Below, one piece after another: positions 1 through 11,923 of a stretch of 64,000 nucleotides of DNA (position 1 is the first letter of the stretch; each line of letters begins with the position of its first letter). Source of the stretch: Eledone cirrhosa. Lineage: Eukaryota. Position numbers and translations under genes: made by a program. Below the pieces are notes generated by a model. The model had not been told where the DNA came from. It saw only the letters and a program-made list of their open reading frames with translations, and did no database searches. Where the stretch lies: positions 191,952,001-192,016,000 of the forward strand of contig OZ024743.1 in assembly GCA_964016885.1 (NCBI GenBank), in the 5' to 3' direction.

Positions 1-3000
1 CTTTCATCATTACTAACTGTATACACTGTGCTTATTTCAGAACAATCCATCTATACAACATAGCACTGCTGCACTGGGAAAGAAAAGTCCCAAGTTCTTG
101 TGACAGTATTACATACTGAAAAGGAGAAAGCTTCTTGTACTGGTAAATGTAATGCTCTAGAAGAATGAAAAGCCAAGACATACCAAATAGGTTATGAAAT
201 CAGAATATATAGTGATGAACGTAAATGCTCTAAAGTATTTCTTTCAGCACTCTACTGTTTCTACCAGCTTGCCAACATAATGAAACATATAGTCACATGC
301 CCAAAATTGCACATGCACACACATATGCATACTAACAGAAACACATGTAAACACAGAGAAAGCAAGCAAGCCATGCAAGAAGAAGAAAAATGTAAAATTG
401 AAATATACAACTAATCAAATAATGTTTGTTGGTTGCCAGTTGTAGCCATGTAAAACAATATGGTTTATTTCAGCTTCTTACACTGTGACATTTGTAACTT
501 CTACAAACATAAATTACATCAGCTGGGTTTAATTTTTCCCTTTCTATTCAATTTCCAGCTAACAGCAGTTAATTTCACAGAAATGCTTCATTATAAACAT
601 TATTTGACACTAAATGCAATGATGTGGTGGTGACAATGGGGCTGATGGTGAGTGTTGGATGATGGTAACTATTGTGATAATGTAAGTGATGGTTGTGAGT
701 GTTGGCAATTACTGTGATAGTGTAGGTAATAGCATTCATCTTGTGTTACCCAGTAAACATTGTAAGAGTAAAAAAACAAATAAATACTACTCACATATGT
801 GATGTATGATAGTTTACACACACCACATGCAAATTTGTATATATATACACCCAGTAGACACTTCACTTCAAATATAATACTAGTGCTAAATGGGTTTAAA
901 TGCAATCAATGAGAAAGTTACCTTATGTTTTCCACCCATAACAGTTTGTAATGAACAATTTAATGCAATTACAAAAATGTAACCAAGAAACCCTCACATG
1001 ATGATTCCAATGAACATCCGTCAGTATCAACGAGTGTTCCAGTTGTTCAATTAATGAAACATTCTGCTCATAAAATTCACATGTAAGTGGTTGAGCATTC
1101 CACAGATAGTGTACTCTTAATGTAATTCTCAGGGAAATTCAGCATGACACAATGGGTGACAAGGTTGGTCCTTTGAATTATAGGCACAGTCCATCTGACA
1201 GGCTTCCAAGCAGTTTCTGTTTACCTAATTCTACTCACAAGGGATGCTATGGTAAATGATACTTGCCCAAGATACCACAAAGTGGGATTGAACACAAGTC
1301 CAAATGATTCTAAAGCCAACACCTTAAACATTTGGTCATGCAGTGTCCACCATAATAAACTCCTCAACAATTCGACTATGCTACACCCAAAGCATACAGA
1401 TTACATGAAAATATTCAACGGTTTCAGGCATTTGCTGTGACAGAAAATCATGATTTTTGTGTCCAGTTTTCTATGTGGTTATGTTGAATGAGACTCTTTG
1501 AAGAAGTGTTTTATGGCCAGATGCCTTTTCTGGTACTAACAATTTTAATCACTTTTTACAACATGCTGGGATACAGTGTTCCTATCCCAAAACTCAGGAT
1601 ATACATGGTTGTGACAAACTACAACATATTCTAAACAGAAGACAAATATCAAAGCTGATTACTAATTTGTTATGTAATTTCACTGAAACTTCCATAAGAG
1701 TTTACATAAAAATTACTATCAAAAAGATAAATGAAACCTATTTCCAAATGTTAGAGAACAGTTTCTTTTACAGAAGATTTCATTAAGATAACCTAGGAGC
1801 TCAGCTACATGTGTGTGTATGTATGTGTATGATTTATGCAGCAGTCTGTACAGCAAGATAACAAAGTATTAAAGAACTTAAATTAGCATTGAAACCAGAA
1901 TGTAAAATTTTCCCATTAACTCATATCTTCTACATCAAGTGTTGTTATAGTTCCTTCAAGAATGCTGCATTTAACTCTTCAAATGCATCATTATTAATTG
2001 GAAAGATTCAAATATTTAGAGATCAGAAAATGTAAAGAAGAAAAGAAATGCAGATTTTCTAAAAGCTAACAAAGAATAATGAATTATTAAAAGCTGCTTT
2101 TATGGATATAAGAACTCAATTAGAACATTGTCTTCTCTCAGAAATGATAACCATGTACCAAGATTCATTGTTGTTACATGCAAGTCAGTAGTTAAGGAGA
2201 AAACAATTTTCCATACTTGAAATGCTAATGACCATGATAGGGTTTTTCTCCTCCTTGGTTATTTTTATATGTTAAAAACAGATAAGCATAGATGTGTATT
2301 TCCTGTGGAATTATCTAACAGTAAAGAACATGAATCTTCAAACATTTGCAATGGAACTTAATTCAAGAAATAATAGAGTAGGGCTGTATATGTAAGAAGT
2401 TTTGCTTTGCAACTACATGGTTTCAGATTCAATTCCATTGCATGGAACCTTGAGCTTGTTTTTCTACTGAATTCTGCTGTTGGTTAATACCTTATAAATG
2501 GAATTTAGTAAAAGAAAAGTGTGCAGAAAGTCACCATGTATATGTATGTGTGTGTGTTTGCATTGGTGTATGTGTGTGAGTATAAGTATTTATTTATGTA
2601 TGATAATATGCAATGTGTATTCAATGTGCATACACTAATACTAAACATACCTACATAATAAACAGAGAAACATTTATGACATGATAGTGAATGAGGAACA
2701 GAAGAGGTGGAAATAAAATTCTAAGATATCAGTGTACACACACACACACACACACAAACTACTTTTTTAAGGCCCGCGCAGAACAATTTTCATGACTAAT
2801 ATTTTCCTAAAACTTGGTAATTTATCCCTCAACCATTCCATACTCTTGCAGCATCAGTATGAAGTATTAAATAAATAGTAGCCTATCAGGTGTATTGCAG
2901 CTTCACACCTGCCCAATCATCACACGTTTGGCCTACTGTGCATCTTTCCCAAGACATAATACCCTTTTGAGTCCTTGAGTTTGAGATACTGATTTAACAT

Positions 3001-3426
3001 CACCTTTACTTAATTTTTTTTTTAATTCACACAAGGCACAAATGCATATATGAATGCCTGTATGTCAGTGTGTGTATATATCATCTTCATCATCATCATT
3101 GAACATCTGGTCTCTCTGTTAGAATGATGGGCCAGGAGCCCAACATACAATCCTGCACTCTGCCAAATGCATTTTATTGAGAAGTTGTCATGTCCTGGAC
3201 ATAGCTGAAGAGTTCTCCCAACCCTTTGGCAGATCTTCAATAGTTAAATGATTTTCCCATCACCAACCACTTTACAGAGTGTATGGGGTGCATTTATCAT
3301 GTAGGTCACCAATCACTATATATATAAAATATCTTAAATACATTACAAAGTTGCTTAATTATTTGAAGACACAGCTTTTAATAGCTTTTTTCTAACTTGT
3401 TCTGATTATCATTTATTTTCAGATAA

Positions 3427-4567
3427 ATGATGACAGACATCGTGCTAATTCAGCAAATGAAAATGAACATGGTAATCATTGCCTTAAAGGCAGATTATAG
3501 TGACTTAGAGATTGATCACTCCTGAGTGTTGCACGGTTGTTTGTTGTCAAAGTTCTCAAAAAGCTGGAAGCCACTGACAATGATTTTACAGCAGCAGCTA
3601 AATTTAAAATATCTGCTAAGGGTTGTAATACGATCAAAACACTCAAATGTGTAGGGAAGGTACAGAAAATTATCGATAAGAATCAAAAAAGTGAATTAGC
3701 TCCATTGCTAAGGCGCTCAAGGTTTCAAGGCACACTATTGGGATAATTTTGCATGAGGACCTTCAATGTAAGTCATATGTGATGCAGAGAAGATAATTCA
3801 TATCTACAAAGACAAAAGAATATTGCCTGAGCTTTGCAAAGCACTTGTTGAGCAAGTTGAAACATCAAGAGCCTGTAATGCTTTGATTTTTCTGATGAGA
3901 AAAACTTTGATCAGGACCAAAAGGTGAAATGAAAGAATGATAGAACGGTTATGCAGAGATATTAAAGATGTTCCAGTGGTCATGCACACAAGGTTTCTGG
4001 CAACTGTGATGGTTCTGGAAGTCATGAGCAATGAGGGAGATGACATGCCTCATCACATCTTGGGTCAATGGTGCTGACTATGGGGAAGTGTTGGAGAGGG
4101 TTGTGAAGCTCTGGATGGAGATCAGGAGCAAAGGAAGACTATAAACCTGCCAAAAGACTCTCCACCATCTTATAAGGCCAAGATGACCCAAGAATGAATG
4201 AGTTACAATCTCCATGATCATGTCACTCAAAACATATGGCCTTTTAGGTCTCCATTTCCAAATCTTTTAGACTACTACGTATAGGGCATAGTTGAGTAGG
4301 AAGTCAATCGATGCCCCCAAAACACTATAAAATCTCTGACATCTGCCATAACTGGCACAATGTCCAAAATAGGTAAAGATCATCTGATTTGGGCTCATCA
4401 TTTCAGCTTTCATACTGAAGTAGTTATTCATGCTAACAGTGGATTTATGCATCAAGAAGAGTTTCAAGATTATTCATGCCCATTTTTTCTCAAAGCTCTT
4501 CTTTCATGACTCATGTGTCTTACTAAATTTGTGTAATGCCCTAAAAAAGAAACTGAGCAGCCCAGTA
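3427..4567 (+). mobile_element. Degenerate Tc1/mariner-superfamily transposase relic
   Basis: Interrupted frames read FSDEKNFDQDQK (about 3888) and DVPVVMHTRFLATVMVLEVMSNEGD (about 3967), with a decayed SPDLNPLDY-like segment near 4250. Many stops and frameshifts. Confidence 0.75.
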
Positions 4568-5136
4568 GATTATATGCACCACTGTCACCTCCTATATCAT
4601 ACATCATCTAACAGAAATTGTGGTCATGTTTCAATCTAAGAAATGTCTGAAATTAGTAGGTTTACTATAAATAGCAAGCATGTGCAAGGAATATAAGATA
4701 TAGAAAATATTGAGAGTGGCAGAATCTGTAGAATCAAGGGTTAGATATACTGCAGCATACTTTATGTCACTTTACATTCTGAGTTCAAACTCTGCCAGGG
4801 TAGACTTTGCCTTTTATCATTCAAGGATTTAAGAAAATAAGTACCTGTAATAAACACACTAGGTGGGTCTGTCATCCCCATCCCCTCCCACAATAATTTA
4901 TAAGATATAGGAACCTCAGGCACAGAAAATAACTGCAATTACAGTCAGTTGCTATAAAATGGCTTATGAAAATCAGGTAAAGATCCTTAAAGATGGAAAA
5001 AATGTTGCCAGCAGCTACTAGCAACATTTTTTTCTGTTATTTTCTGTGACTGAGCTTCCTACATCTTCTGATAAATTTATTTCCTCAGCACCTTTGTAAG
5101 TTCAAAAATTCAAGCTCCACACACAACGTTTGTTTA

Positions 5137-5137
<1 letters not shown>

Positions 5138-5183
<46 letters not shown>

Positions 5184-5226
5184 TAATAATAATAATAATA
5201 ATGATGATGATGATGATGATGATAAT
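5138..5226. repeat. (AAT)n/(GAT)n microsatellite
   Basis: Seen directly. Confidence 0.95.
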
Positions 5227-5303
5227 TAGATACAACCAAATCTATGTAAACACAGCATCTTACATTGAAAATATCAGTTGCATCCTCTTACACTAGACAT
5301 TGC

Positions 5304-5892
5304 TGTAATCAAACTGTAATCCTACAGGCATAAACCAGAATATTGATCTTACAAGAACAAAATAATAGTTCCACTAAATGAATACACTAAAGTACAATTC
5401 AAACAATATATGAGAACACTTTATATTACACATCCCTGTCAGTAAGACCCAGATTTTAGGTTATCAATTATAATCAAATCTTTTCATCAAGCTAATAAAG
5501 GAACCTCTACATATGATTTACTAGCAACAAGAAGCAAATTATATAGTGAGGCTAGACCAGTCTAACCTCACTATGTGACAGCCTGCCTAACCCTTGCAAA
5601 CATGGAAAATAGAGGTTAAACAGAGATGATGGTGTAGGTTGAGGTTTGAGGGTAATTTGCTTCTTGTTGCTAGTAAATCATGTGTAGAGGTTCCTTCGTT
5701 AGCTTGATGAAAAGATTTGATTATAATTGATAACCTAAAATCTGGGTCTTATTGACAGTGATGTGTAATATAAAGTGTTCTCATATATTGTTCGTGAATC
5801 GTTCTTTAGTGTATTCATTTAGTGGAACTATTATTTTGTTCTTGTAAGATCAATATTCTGGTTAATGCCTGTAGGATTACAGTTTGATTACA
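5304..5892. repeat. Inverted duplication: about 240-bp arms (5304-5541, 5653-5892), 111-bp spacer
   Basis: Arms are reverse complements with about 10 differences counted by eye. Confidence 0.95.
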
Positions 5893-6399
5893 TCTTGTTT
5901 ACAGTTTGATTACAGTTTGACTATATCTTGCTCTTATACTCCATTTTTGGCTTGGCTTCTATGGTTGTATAACTTTCTTAATGTCAACCACTTGACAGTG
6001 TGTACTGGAAACATTTTATCAGGACTTTGGCACTACCACCTTATAAGGTGGATAGGGTGCATTTTGTCATGGCACCAGCACTACCTCGTTGCACCACTAG
6101 AGTACTTGGTGTGTCCTTGGTCAGGCTAGGGATGCATTGAAGGGAGTTGGAGTGCTCAAAAATAAAAGGAAAGGAAAGGGTTTCTTAAATAATGTCAGTG
6201 TAGGTGCACTATGTCTGAAAAAAATACAGGGTGATCATGGCAAAAATCTTGAATCATACATCTGTTCTATCAAGACTGACGAGTTTAAACAACAATAACA
6301 AGAGCATTTTTGTATTTAAAAAGAAAAAGAAAAGAGTATGTGCAAACAAAATATGAAACATTGCAATATTACTGCCACCTGTAAAGACAAAGAGAAGAA

Positions 6400-6590
6400 A
6401 ATAGTCAAATACCAGGACTTGACCAACTGCTTCCTTTCTGTGTCAATTGCTGTTGAGACCTCTGGTGTCCTCAATCCCTGAACTGACATTTTCTTCAACA
6501 AAATTGTGAGGAAGAGCCATATGAGGTCGAGTGGCTGTTCTAGTGGGTGTCGTTGGCTGTTCTCTGTGGCAATGCCTTTGCAGTTTTGTC
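6400..6590 (+). mobile_element. CRE-like non-LTR retrotransposon 3' relic
   Basis: Reads FLSVSIAVETSGVL, resembling the F.P.A.ET.G..G motif of CRE-clade endonucleases; related to the relic at 35340-35545. Confidence 0.5.
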
Positions 6591-7580
6591 CATGGAATGA
6601 AGCTGAGATATACCAGCTATACTGGGGTGTAGAGTCTGCCATGTTTCCCCCATTTCCCTTACATTCACTATTTAATTTTTTAATTTTACTTTATTATTGC
6701 AAATATTATATAATCCAATTAAAATTTGTTGATTAAAAATTGGTAAGCTAAAATGTTTACAAACCAGTTCTATTTGACCTGTAAACTTTTCTCTTCAAAA
6801 GCATATTATATCATGAATCTTCCAAATTATCATTTTACATTACACCAAATACATGTACAATTTGCATTACTTCTCCTCTTCCATATAATTATAGACTGGA
6901 GAGAGAAAAAAATAGATGTGACATACCTTGAATGTCACATTTATCCTTATACAGAATATGTCACATTGGTTCTAGAGCTCAAAATCAAACTGAAGTAATC
7001 TTCAATTGACTACTTTTGTGTTGCTTCAGAAAAGGTAGACAGCACCACTCAATGTTTAATGATGGCAGTGATTATTTTTATCACAGAAAATATCTAGGTA
7101 CTTTTAAAATACCTTCCAGCATATTGTTCTTGATATTTAGCCTTCATTATTAACATAGAATATCTAGAACTTCATTACTCAATGTATTACTTCTTCTGTA
7201 AGATGGAAGAGTATTACTTGAAAGAGATTTGGCTACTATTTCAAGCACATCAAGCAATTCCAAAGAGGCTCTCTCAATAGTTCAATATTTTCCAATATCA
7301 TAAAAAGTGAGCTAACAAAATTTCAAACTAATATTTAGTTACATTCCTTTAATTTCCATATTCAAAGACCACCAACGTTGACTATAGATTTTATTCTATT
7401 TGCAAAAATATAATAGGTACCTGTAATGTACTGGCATAGATTTAATACATTCTATAACTTTACAGCAAATGGGTGGCTTTAGGCCAATGGAAAAAACAAA
7501 CTTGGCTTATTTTTAATATTATAAAATAGAATAAAGAAAGCAATATTATAAAATAGATCAATTTTAACTGAGTGCAAATT

Positions 7581-7589
7581 GAAGGATAC
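7581..7589 (-). promoter_or_regulatory. U12-type 5' splice site GTATCCTTC
   Basis: Exact GTATCCTT consensus where the IFT122-like frame ends; an in-frame stop follows within about 25 nt. Acceptor not found. Confidence 0.8.
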
Positions 7590-7721
7590 TGCCTTCAACA
7601 GAGGCTTTCCATTTGTCTACAGGTTCAGATTTCTTTAAGGGGATTGCATGATTCAAAATCTGTACAGCCTCTTCATCAGTGATATCATCTTCAATCATGA
7701 ATTCGACCAAAGGCAAAACTT
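7590..7721 (-). CDS. IFT122: IFT122 internal exon (last found): (E)VLPLVEFMIEDDITDEEAVQILNHAIPLKKSEPVDKWKASVEG
   Basis: Within ORF 7564..7782. Acceptor ttcttatattacag, VL.LVEF..E..ITDEEA motif. The 3' end is placed at the GTATCCTTC donor; the downstream exon was not found in the window. Confidence 0.92.
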
Positions 7722-8774
7722 CTGTAATATAAGAAAAATAAAGAAAAGAAGAAAATATAATTGCAAACGAGGGAGTGGGCAATGAAAATTTATTTGATGT
7801 TAAAAGCTTAGAAAGAAAAAAATAGTCATGTGTTGATTAAATTATTGCATAGCAGATATAATACAAATAACATACTTTGAAACCAAAATTGTTTGAAAAG
7901 ATTCAGAGACTATGCTATATGAAAAAAAAAAAAAAAAAAAAATTAAAAGCTCACTAGACTATTGAAATTACAGCATTTTATCTGCATCTCCTGAGTATTT
8001 GAAGATCAAATACATCAGATTTAGCTGGACTTCACATTCTCTGGAGGAGGAAATCAAGCAGATAGAACTTGATAATCATGTATAATAGATTCTCACATTA
8101 GAGATCCTATTAAGAATTTTTTTTTGACAATCTATATATATTTTTAAATATGGGAGGTGAAGCTTTAATACTCTCCCTCTCTTTCTCTCTCTTTTTCTCT
8201 CTCTTTATGATCAAAATCTAAATTATCAGTTAGAGATTAATTTATAAGTTTCCAACAAGAATTCCTTAATGAGCTAGAAATGTGAAGTAATAATGGTAGT
8301 ATTAGCTGATCTAATATGGCTGAAAGAAGATTTAGCCCTGGTGTAATTCAAGGAAGTAAGTCATTATTAAAAGTTTTGAATTAAAAAGCATATAACAAAA
8401 ACATGATTTAATGTATTTAAAATATAATACAAATAGGTGAATTGGCCAATTTCAACATTTATTAAAATTAAATATAATCAGTTTTGAAAACTTCAATAAA
8501 AATTAAATGAACCATAATTTCATGAAAAGTAGTTATGGTAATACCTTCCAAAAGATGAAATCACTATATTAATTAATTTCTTATGAAGTTAGGATTGTAC
8601 ATTCCTATATATTGATTGCAAATATGGACATTGGATAAAAACAGGATATAGGATAGTTTAAATGAGATAAAAAGAGCGATGAACACACACACAGACACAC
8701 ATATGCCATCATTATCATGATCACCATTTTACATCTATTTTCCATGCTTGCATGGGTTAGACAGGTTATCACAA

Positions 8775-9165
8775 GTTACTAAATATGGAGAATGTGTGGG
8801 AGGGGGGGAGGAACTATCCTCAGTAGACTCAACATAGGGACCAGCTATTGAGATTGAGTGTTATATGGTTAAAGAGGCCATTAAGGATATAAAGAAAGGA
8901 AAAACTGCTAAGCCATCTGAGATTGTTGCAGAAATACTAAAAATATCTGGCAATTTAAGGCTGCAGCTGGTCACTCACATAGTCAACCATATAAAACATT
9001 GTGTCATGTCCAATGAATGGTGTAGCAGTATCATTATTAATTACTATAAGGGCAAAGGAGATCCTCTAGAAAAGAGCAATTTCAGAGGCATTAAAGTGAT
9101 TGATCAGGTTATGAAAATAACAGAGTTTTAGCATAACTGATTAGGAATACTATTAATTTAAATGA
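8775..9165 (+). mobile_element. RTE LINE internal fragment
   Basis: ORF 8865..9131 (KKGKTAKPSEIVAEILK...YKGKGDPLEKSNFRGIKVIDQVMK) is homologous to the large RTE copies in this window. Confidence 0.9.
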
Positions 9166-9231
9166 TATAAGATGAATAGATGCAGCATATAAGAAAGAAG
9201 TTTGCACTTCAATTTATGTATATAAGCACAA

Positions 9232-9280
<49 letters not shown>

Positions 9281-9345
9281 GAAGAGAGAAGAAACATTTA
9301 GATATAATTAGTAATAAGATGTATCATACCTAAACTGCTTCTAGA

Positions 9346-9436
9346 TTCCTCGACTACGTAGTTTCATGGCATAATCAAAAACAATACATCATAGAGATAT
9401 AGAGCTTTTGTGAGGTCTGCTGACTTATCAAGAGGA
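9346..9436 (-). ncRNA. Type I hammerhead ribozyme motif, U3:A8 variant (inverted copy, sense to IFT122)
   Basis: Minus strand tcctc-TTGATAA-gtcagca...tgccat-GAAA-ctacgtag-TC-gagga. Confidence 0.75.
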
Positions 9437-9639
9437 TACCTCATTTTACTAGCCTCAAGAACACATCTATAAGATGTGAGATAGAATCCCAAAAGGCGGA
9501 GGGGGAGTCAGTCACGTGATACAACGGTCAAGAAACAGAGCTAAGCCCCTTATAACCCTGAAAAAAATACCACGGAGGCGGAGGGGGTATTTATATCTCA
9601 CATCTTATAGACGCGTTCTTGAGGCTAGTAAAATGAGGT

Positions 9640-9731
9640 TTCCTCTTGATAAGTCAGCAGACCTCACAAAAGCTCTATATCTCTATGATGTATTGTTTTT
9701 GATTATGCCACGAAACTACGTAGTCGAGGAA
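9640..9731 (+). ncRNA. Type I hammerhead ribozyme motif, U3:A8 core variant
   Basis: ttcctc-TTGATAA-gtcagca...tgccac-GAAA-ctacgtag-TC-gaggaa: 6-bp stem I, palindromic stem III, GUC cleavage triplet. Confidence 0.8.
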
Positions 9732-10931
9732 TCTAGAAGCAGTTTAGGTATGATACATCTTATTACTAATTATATCTAAATGTTTCTTCTCTCTTCATAA
9801 TGTACTTTTAGCTCTGATACTGGTTCAGTCTAATCCATTCGGATTGGTTTGTCTCAGTTATTCATAGAGCAACATCGGTTAAGGTTGGCACCATTAACTC
9901 AAGGATGGATGTGGATATATTCATGTATATGTGTGTGTCTGCATGTATCGGTGTGTTTCTCAATATATTGTATATATATATATATAGGAACCAGTAAGAC
10001 CCCGACAGCTGAGCTCAAGCCGTTTCGACGGCTAATTCTATATATATATATATATATCATTATCATGATATATATATATACATGCAAGCATGGAATATGA
10101 ACGTTAAACGATGATGATGATGATGATGATGATATGTGTGTGTATATGTATGTTATGTTGGTACCACAAAACATCCAGCCCACACCCTAAAATGTTCATG
10201 TAGGTGTCACAACAAAAAGCACCTAGCCCACACTGGAAAGTGGTGATGTAAAACCACAGCAAAATGGACCCAGCACACATTGTAAATGTGGTTGGCACTA
10301 GGAAGGGCAGCTAGCCATAGATAACCAGCTAGAAAACAGTCCTATATGAGTGAGACACGGTCATCCAACCCAACTTGCCTCTACATGAGACAAACCTGTC
10401 TAACCCATGCTAGCATGGAAGATAGATGTTAAATGATGATGATGATGGACTTGTTTGTACCGAGATGGACTTGTATAATATAATACTAAGAATGCATTTA
10501 ATATCCAAATCAATATGCCTCATTTAAAAAAAATAATCTCTTTGTGGTAATGGTTTAAATACAACTTCATAGTGATTGGTCAAAGTGATTAAATGGCTGC
10601 TGAAGAAAGGGAAATGACATGAAATTACGGTTCTTTTTTACTGTTTACCATGAGGTTGTCTCAATAAAGGGACAGCCTGTAAGATTGTACAACGTATATA
10701 AATAATCTTGATTTGTAGTGATGGCTAAAATCTATAATATTGATCTACTGTACATCACAGATATGTGAAGATAACCCTATATAAATTGATGTTTTTTTAA
10801 ATTCAAAACTGACTTTATGGAAGGAAAAATGAGTTTAGAAATTTATGAGAAAACCCTTAGCTTCAAGAATAATAGTGTAGAAAATGTAAAGTATTTTTAA
10901 AACGTGGTGAAAAATGAAAAGACAAACTTAC

Positions 10932-11043
10932 CAAAGTTGATAAATGAATGAACAAAGGGTTGTTGGCAATTTACACACTGGCTTCCCTTAGGGTTGAAAA
11001 TTGGGTTTGTGGTTGAACATCGATAACACATTGGCTGTAAATC
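10932..11043 (-). CDS. IFT122: IFT122 internal exon, Zn-binding CxxC..CxxC region: DLQPMCYRCSTTNPIFNPKGSQCVNCQQPFVHSFINF
   Basis: Not in the ORF track. Acceptor atttgtag, donor GTAAGT, 112 nt (37 codons + 1 nt). CYRCST.NP...C.NC.QPF motif of IFT122; phase matches both neighbours. Confidence 0.95.
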
Positions 11044-11298
11044 CTACAAATATAGATTTGTTTTCATATTTAAACAATTAGACATAACATTATTATTTTT
11101 CCATATCCAAATCACATTATTACCAGTTTAATTTGCAAATCATAGAAACTTAACTATATTTGAACAGAGAAAGCATATAGATCTGCTGTCTTTACTTGAC
11201 AAAAGAAATCACTTAAAAGAAATGAATTTGTGAGAAATCTCTTACTAAGACAACAATTAAAGAATTTACTTGATAATGGAAACAGTAATGACAATAAT

Positions 11299-11479
11299 TG
11301 TTTCTACTTTAGGCACAAGGCCAGCAATTACACAGTGTGTGACTGGTACTTTATTTTATCGACCCCGTAAGGATGAAAGGCAAAGTCAACCTCGGCGGGA
11401 TTTGAACTCAGATCGTAAAGGGACGTAACTATGCTGGAAAGCATGGCGTCCGACCCTCTACCAATACTGCCAATCCACC
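11299..11479 (-). mobile_element. SINE family B copy with 18-bp TSD
   Basis: B box gagttcaaatcc and core ttgcctttcatccttacggggtcgataaaataaagtacc. Duplication aacagtaatgacaataat at 11281-11298 and 11480-11497. Confidence 0.85.
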
Positions 11480-11578
11480 AACAGTAATGACAATAATATA
11501 ACAACAGAAGATTCAAAACTATCAGGTTTAAATATACTTAGATACAGAAGTGGGATTATAATATGGCTCCATGTTATC

Positions 11579-11923
11579 TTCTTCACACACTTATTCCTGA
11601 GCAGGTCATGGGGGCAGAGTCCTCAAATACTCCTTCCAGCAGGTCCTGTCAGAAGCAACCATCTCCAACTGATCCAGCTGGATCCCCAAGCAAGACCAGC
11701 CAAGCTCATGGATGTTATCCAACCATCTTGCTTGGGGTCTGCTCCTCTGTCTCCTGTTGGTTGGTTTTGCCCATCCAGGAATTAACAAGGGACATGTTCA
11801 GGCCTTAGGATAAGGGGCCTGCTTGAAAAATATATTGCAGTCTCCTTTTTATGCCACAAAACCTGGTGATGGGCCTGTAACCTCTCCTGGGAGGTGCAGC
11901 ATGGATACACAAAGATTGCTCAG
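11579..11923 (-). mobile_element. 5'-truncated RTE-type LINE 3' end inserted in the minisatellite
   Basis: ORF 11606..11788 (RQRSRPQARWLDNI...ASDRTCWK), short GAA tail, TSD tgttatc at 11572-11578 and 11924-11930. Confidence 0.8.

Larger units (their letters stand above)
9276..9915. mobile_element. Penelope-like pseudo-LTR remnant with an inverted copy (arms 9276-9483 and 9594-9801)
   Basis: 208-bp inverted arms with about 4 differences, each containing a hammerhead motif, flanked by (TA)n. No ORF remains, so the family assignment is inferred. Confidence 0.7.

Noticed and set aside
30-135. Acceptor-like ctttctccttttcag on the minus strand as a possible next exon
   Set aside because: The phase-compatible frame has no IFT122 similarity and reaches a stop.
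2191-2201. Perfect U12 branch motif TTCTCCTTAAC on the minus strand, a candidate end for the second minor intron
   Set aside because: No AG lies within a plausible distance, and downstream frames show no IFT122-like peptide.
5304-9801. Both long inverted repeats have spacers of about 110 bp, hinting at one family
   Set aside because: Arms and spacers share no sequence and each has its own explanation; treated as coincidence.
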